From Anthoceros angustus (Eukaryota > Plantae > Anthocerotophyta): a stretch of DNA of 64,000 nt. Of the stretch, positions 60,720-64,000 are shown one piece after another (the first letter of the stretch is position 1; every line of letters starts with the position of its first letter). The stretch lies in contig MU008199.1 of assembly GCA_010909165.1 (NCBI GenBank), positions 1 to 64,000 on the forward strand, read 5' to 3'. A program made the translations under genes and the position numbers. The notes beneath the pieces are model-generated. The model did not search any database. It was not told the DNA's origin and saw nothing but the letters and a program-made list of their open reading frames with translations.

Positions 60720-61800
60720 CTAGAGTTGTTTCAGTTGGTCTTGGATTGTTCGTCACCAGAGATGTGAATGAAGGTGACTTGCTAGTAGTTCTCCAAGCTC
60801 TGACTATGGCTCACCCCGGGGATTCCGAGGAACAGCAGATAGCCAGGAAACAGGAAATAGCACGCCAGCTTATGGAGATGGCCGTCCGTAGCCCCTGTTA
60901 ATTGAGACAGGTTTGTTCTTTTCTTATGGTCATGGTGATCAGGAACGTGAGGTCCCCTCGCTGGACTTGGTCGCACCTGCTCCTCCGCAAGGCTAGTCTC
61001 TCAGAGCACAACCCGTGGATTTTGTTCGCGTTTGTCTTATCGTACAAGCTAATGTGTTTCATGAGCTGAAGTTCTCCCTCCAAAGTTTCAAAAACCAAGC
61101 ATAAGTGACAAACCGCTGACTGAAACCCTCGCATTGCCACTTATATTTTGCCCATATTTCGAACTTTGTAAATGTGTCTGGAAGGTTAAACACATCCACA
61201 TTCGGAAGCCTCTCCGCCATGAACACGAATGTGTTGTCCATCCACGCGATGGCACCCTGTGCATATGTAGACAGAAGGACACAAAATGTAACGACTGAAA
61301 GGATTAAGGACAATACCTTGGTCGACTTTAGCCGTCGTGTTTCTAATTGTCGTTTTCAATCCTACGCAAAGCGAGCACGTGGAGAACCTATTGGACTTTG
61401 GAATCTTCACCCTTGTACTTTGTTCTGGCTGCACATTCCCCATGTTTGAGGTCGTCAGTACCTCGTATTGTCGGGAGTTTGAATGTCGCAAGTGTTGTGC
61501 TTTATTCATCCTGTATGTGTGTCAATTTTTCTTGCCTCCCTCTTGCATTAACTATTCTGGCACACCTGATGCTTCGTGGAAGGTTTTGGGTTTTGGGTTT
61601 TGTCTGAAATAAGATCTGGAGAACAGGTCACCATTTTCATACATGGACACGTTTCAACGAGAGCAACAGCGGGGAGATATGTATGTATCGAGGGTTTCAA
61701 TTGCCCTTGTCCAGATGTAGATTTAGAGAGGACTGTGGCGTCTTAGTGCTTATGTTTGAAATATCAGTTTGGTGTGTACCTGCAATCCGCTTAGCTGAAG
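60720..61800 (+). pseudogene. Pseudogene copy of SET-C interrupted by an insertion
   Basis: GLGLFVTRDVNEGDLLVVLQALTMAHPGDSEEQQ...PC*; resumes at ~61525 with FLPPSCINYSGTPDASWKVLG; stops and frameshifts. Confidence 0.88.
61064..61520 (-). mobile_element. Transposase-like fragment inserted in the SET-C pseudogene
   Basis: AWMDNTFVFMAERLP...LPDTFTKFEIWAKY...WFLKLWRENF and VKIPKSNRFSTCSLC resemble CxxC-containing DNA-transposon-associated proteins; family not established. Confidence 0.5.
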
Positions 61801-61859
61801 TGGCTAAAACAAATGGTGTTCTCCGCATTTGGTCTTTTTGAGGATATGCTAAGCCCACA

Positions 61860-62230
61860 GGGGCATGAGTGTGAGGAAAATACTATCCCAGTGTGAGTGT
61901 TAGGAGCCCGTTTGAGCATGAATGTTGGAAGCTTATTTGGGATGTAGTATTAGGAGTTCATCTCGCTTGGAACCCTAGTTGGGATACAATATTAGAAGTT
62001 CACCCCTTGGAAGCCTATTTGGGATACAATATTAGAAGTTCATCTCACTTGGAAGCCTATTTGGGATACAGTATTAGAAGTTCATCTCGCTTAGAAGCCC
62101 ACTTGGGGCATGAATGTTAGAAGACCCATCCCAGCATGAGCTTAGAAGACCAATTGGGGCATGAATGTTAGAAGCCCCATCCCAGCATGAGCGATAGAAG
62201 CCCATCTGAGCAGGGAGACAAGCCTACCTG
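61860..62230. repeat. ~39 bp minisatellite
   Basis: GAAGCCTATTTGGGATACAATATTAGAAGTTCATCTC(A/G)CTTG and diverged copies. Confidence 0.85.
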
Positions 62231-62677
62231 GGATTGAGTACTAAAAGTCTATTCGAGCTTGAATGTTCTATAAAAGCCTGATTGGTCAAGACTAAATTGT
62301 CAGAAGTTCTTCAACCTTTCAAAATCCCTTAACCCCAAAGTGACCATAGGACTCAAATCGAGTCTTTCCGCAATGTTAGGCCACCAATGAAAATGAAAAC
62401 AATTGCGTCAATTCACGCGGCGGCTTGTTTTATGCTTGTTTTGTTTTGTTTGGGTTGTTACTTTTTAATACGGATAGGGAGGAGTTAGCCAATAAGGCCG
62501 TTTTGGCCAGATTGCACTTAGAGTGCAATCCCTAGACCCTCAGTCAGTTGGGGGCCGAATACGTCCGGCGAGTGCTGGGCTGGTACGCCGAGATGGGGTG
62601 ATTCGGCGAGGGGGAGATATGGTCTACTAAAGGGAGGCTTGCCGAAGTAAGTCCATTGAAGTATGCCTCGACGGAGT

Positions 62678-62905
62678 TGGTCCGGCCAGGCGGCGTAGTC
62701 CGATAACGGATCTGCTACTTGACGGGATGGTCCGGTCGGGCGGCGCAGTCTGGTAACAGATCCGCTGCTTGGCGGATGGTCTGGCCGGGCGGCGTAGTCC
62801 GGTAACGGATCCGCTACTTGACGGATGGTCCGGCCGGGCGCGAGTCCGATAACGGATCCGCTACTTGACGGATGGTCCGCCGGGCGCGAGTCCGAACGGA
62901 TCAAC
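62678..62905. repeat. ~50 bp GC-rich tandem repeat (4-5 copies), probably within a TE that continues past the window end
   Basis: GGTCCGGCCGGGCGGCGTAGTCCG(G/A)TAACGGATCCGCTACTTGACGGAT units; broken ORF fragments follow at 63250-64000. Confidence 0.8.
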
Positions 62906-64000
62906 CGCATGGCGGCGCGCTGGAAGAAGTCCGTGAAAATGATTCTGACTGGCGGATGCAACGACCTAGGGTTAGGGTACATATATAGGCGGGTTAGATT
63001 ATAAGGTGTGGGGGGTATATAAGGAGGCCTATGCGCCAAAGATCGGAGACTATCCCTTGTGCCAACTTCACGCTCTGTGTGCTCTTGCCCTCCGATGCTC
63101 AAGGAGCGGAGTGTGTTCCTACGTCACCTTGGAGGATTAATTGGTGGTAGGGGATTGTGTAGCTTTGTCTGTGTGGTATGAAGTGTCTTGATCTGTGTGG
63201 TGCATGTTGTGTTTTCTGTGGGTTATTGTTCATGTTTTGAAGACGGTCTGCGGAAGTACATCCACGACGAAGGGACACGGGCTTTGTGAGGAGACTATTA
63301 AGCAGGGGTCAAAGCTTTGTCAAGGGTTCACAAGCAACTTGTTGAGCTTGCTTTCTGGCTAAGTGAGCTTCTAACTAACTGCATGCTCTGAGGCTGTGTC
63401 CCAGGGGGTAGAAAGAAGCCTCCTCAGTCCACGAATCTAAGGCTGAGGAACCTGGGGAGAGTGCTACTAGAAGCGATATATAGGAGCAGCACCTCGGCCA
63501 CACACAGAGGGGGAGATCAATGACTACAGCAAAGCAACGAAGCAAGCAAGGGTTGAAACGGCGAGCTGCTAAGCAAGATAGCAAGATTGATGCCATCTAG
63601 GGATCATCCGAACAAGTTCTCACAACCTGGACATGGAAGGATGAAGAGGGGAACATGCAGCAAGATGGGTGCAATATCAAGGACAAGACAGTCACAGGAG
63701 CCCTACGTGAAAAGATTGGAGGGAAAGAGGCGATTGAATCGTGGTTTGGACCCCCATCTAACAACGATGGTTACGTTTGGAAGCAGACTGATAAACTGAG
63801 TGATGAGGAATGGAGGAGGGTGGACGACCTTGTCTACCATATTTACAGCCAGAGGCCCTCCTTAGATGAGAAGAAGGTTCAGCGGTTGATGTGCCTTGGG
63901 ATCCTAATGGAGAAGCTCGAGGGAGTTGTGTGAACTAGAGCCAGTACAAAATAACAGCCCTGGAGGGCATTGAGGCTCATGCAAAAAAACGGGTGCAAAA

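Larger units (their letters stand above)
50915..60790. repeat. Tandem segmental duplication (~50915-55395 and ~55765-60790)
   Basis: The downstream flank, gene, upstream region and start of the SET-C-like piece are all repeated collinearly. Confidence 0.9.

Noticed and set aside
61860-62905. Tandem repeats as a possible CRISPR-like array (also 10327-10590 and 35020-35160)
   Set aside because: Units are contiguous and degenerate with no unique spacers, there are no cas genes, and the context is eukaryotic.

Overview
Eukaryotic plant nuclear DNA, most likely from a non-seed land plant. A hornwort-like genome is plausible from the short GT-AG introns, a PLS-class PPR relic, a germin relic and a RAD1-type GRAS gene; this is inference. 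The left part (1-28 kb) holds a PPR pseudogene, a degraded Ty3/gypsy element with extra coding sequence after the integrase, a 5'-truncated LINE ending about 60 bp before tRNA-Leu(AAG), a RAD1-like symbiosis GRAS gene, a secreted beta-helix gene, and head-to-tail R2/NeSL-like non-LTR elements (restriction-like endonuclease) next to a short 25S rRNA-like fragment. The right part (29-62 kb) is a methyltransferase-rich island. It has five apparently intact SMYD-type SET genes of an unusual family (N-terminal HxG...EPY domain, with or without TPR, then SET and post-SET); four share one phase-2 intron and two look catalytically dead with hypervariable patches. It also has two SET pseudogene copies and a stand-alone non-canonical C5 DNA methyltransferase (GWECQG motif IV), interleaved with RPL7, a conserved membrane protein gene and TE relics. 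Several stretches are indel-rich, so some frameshifts may be assembly errors.
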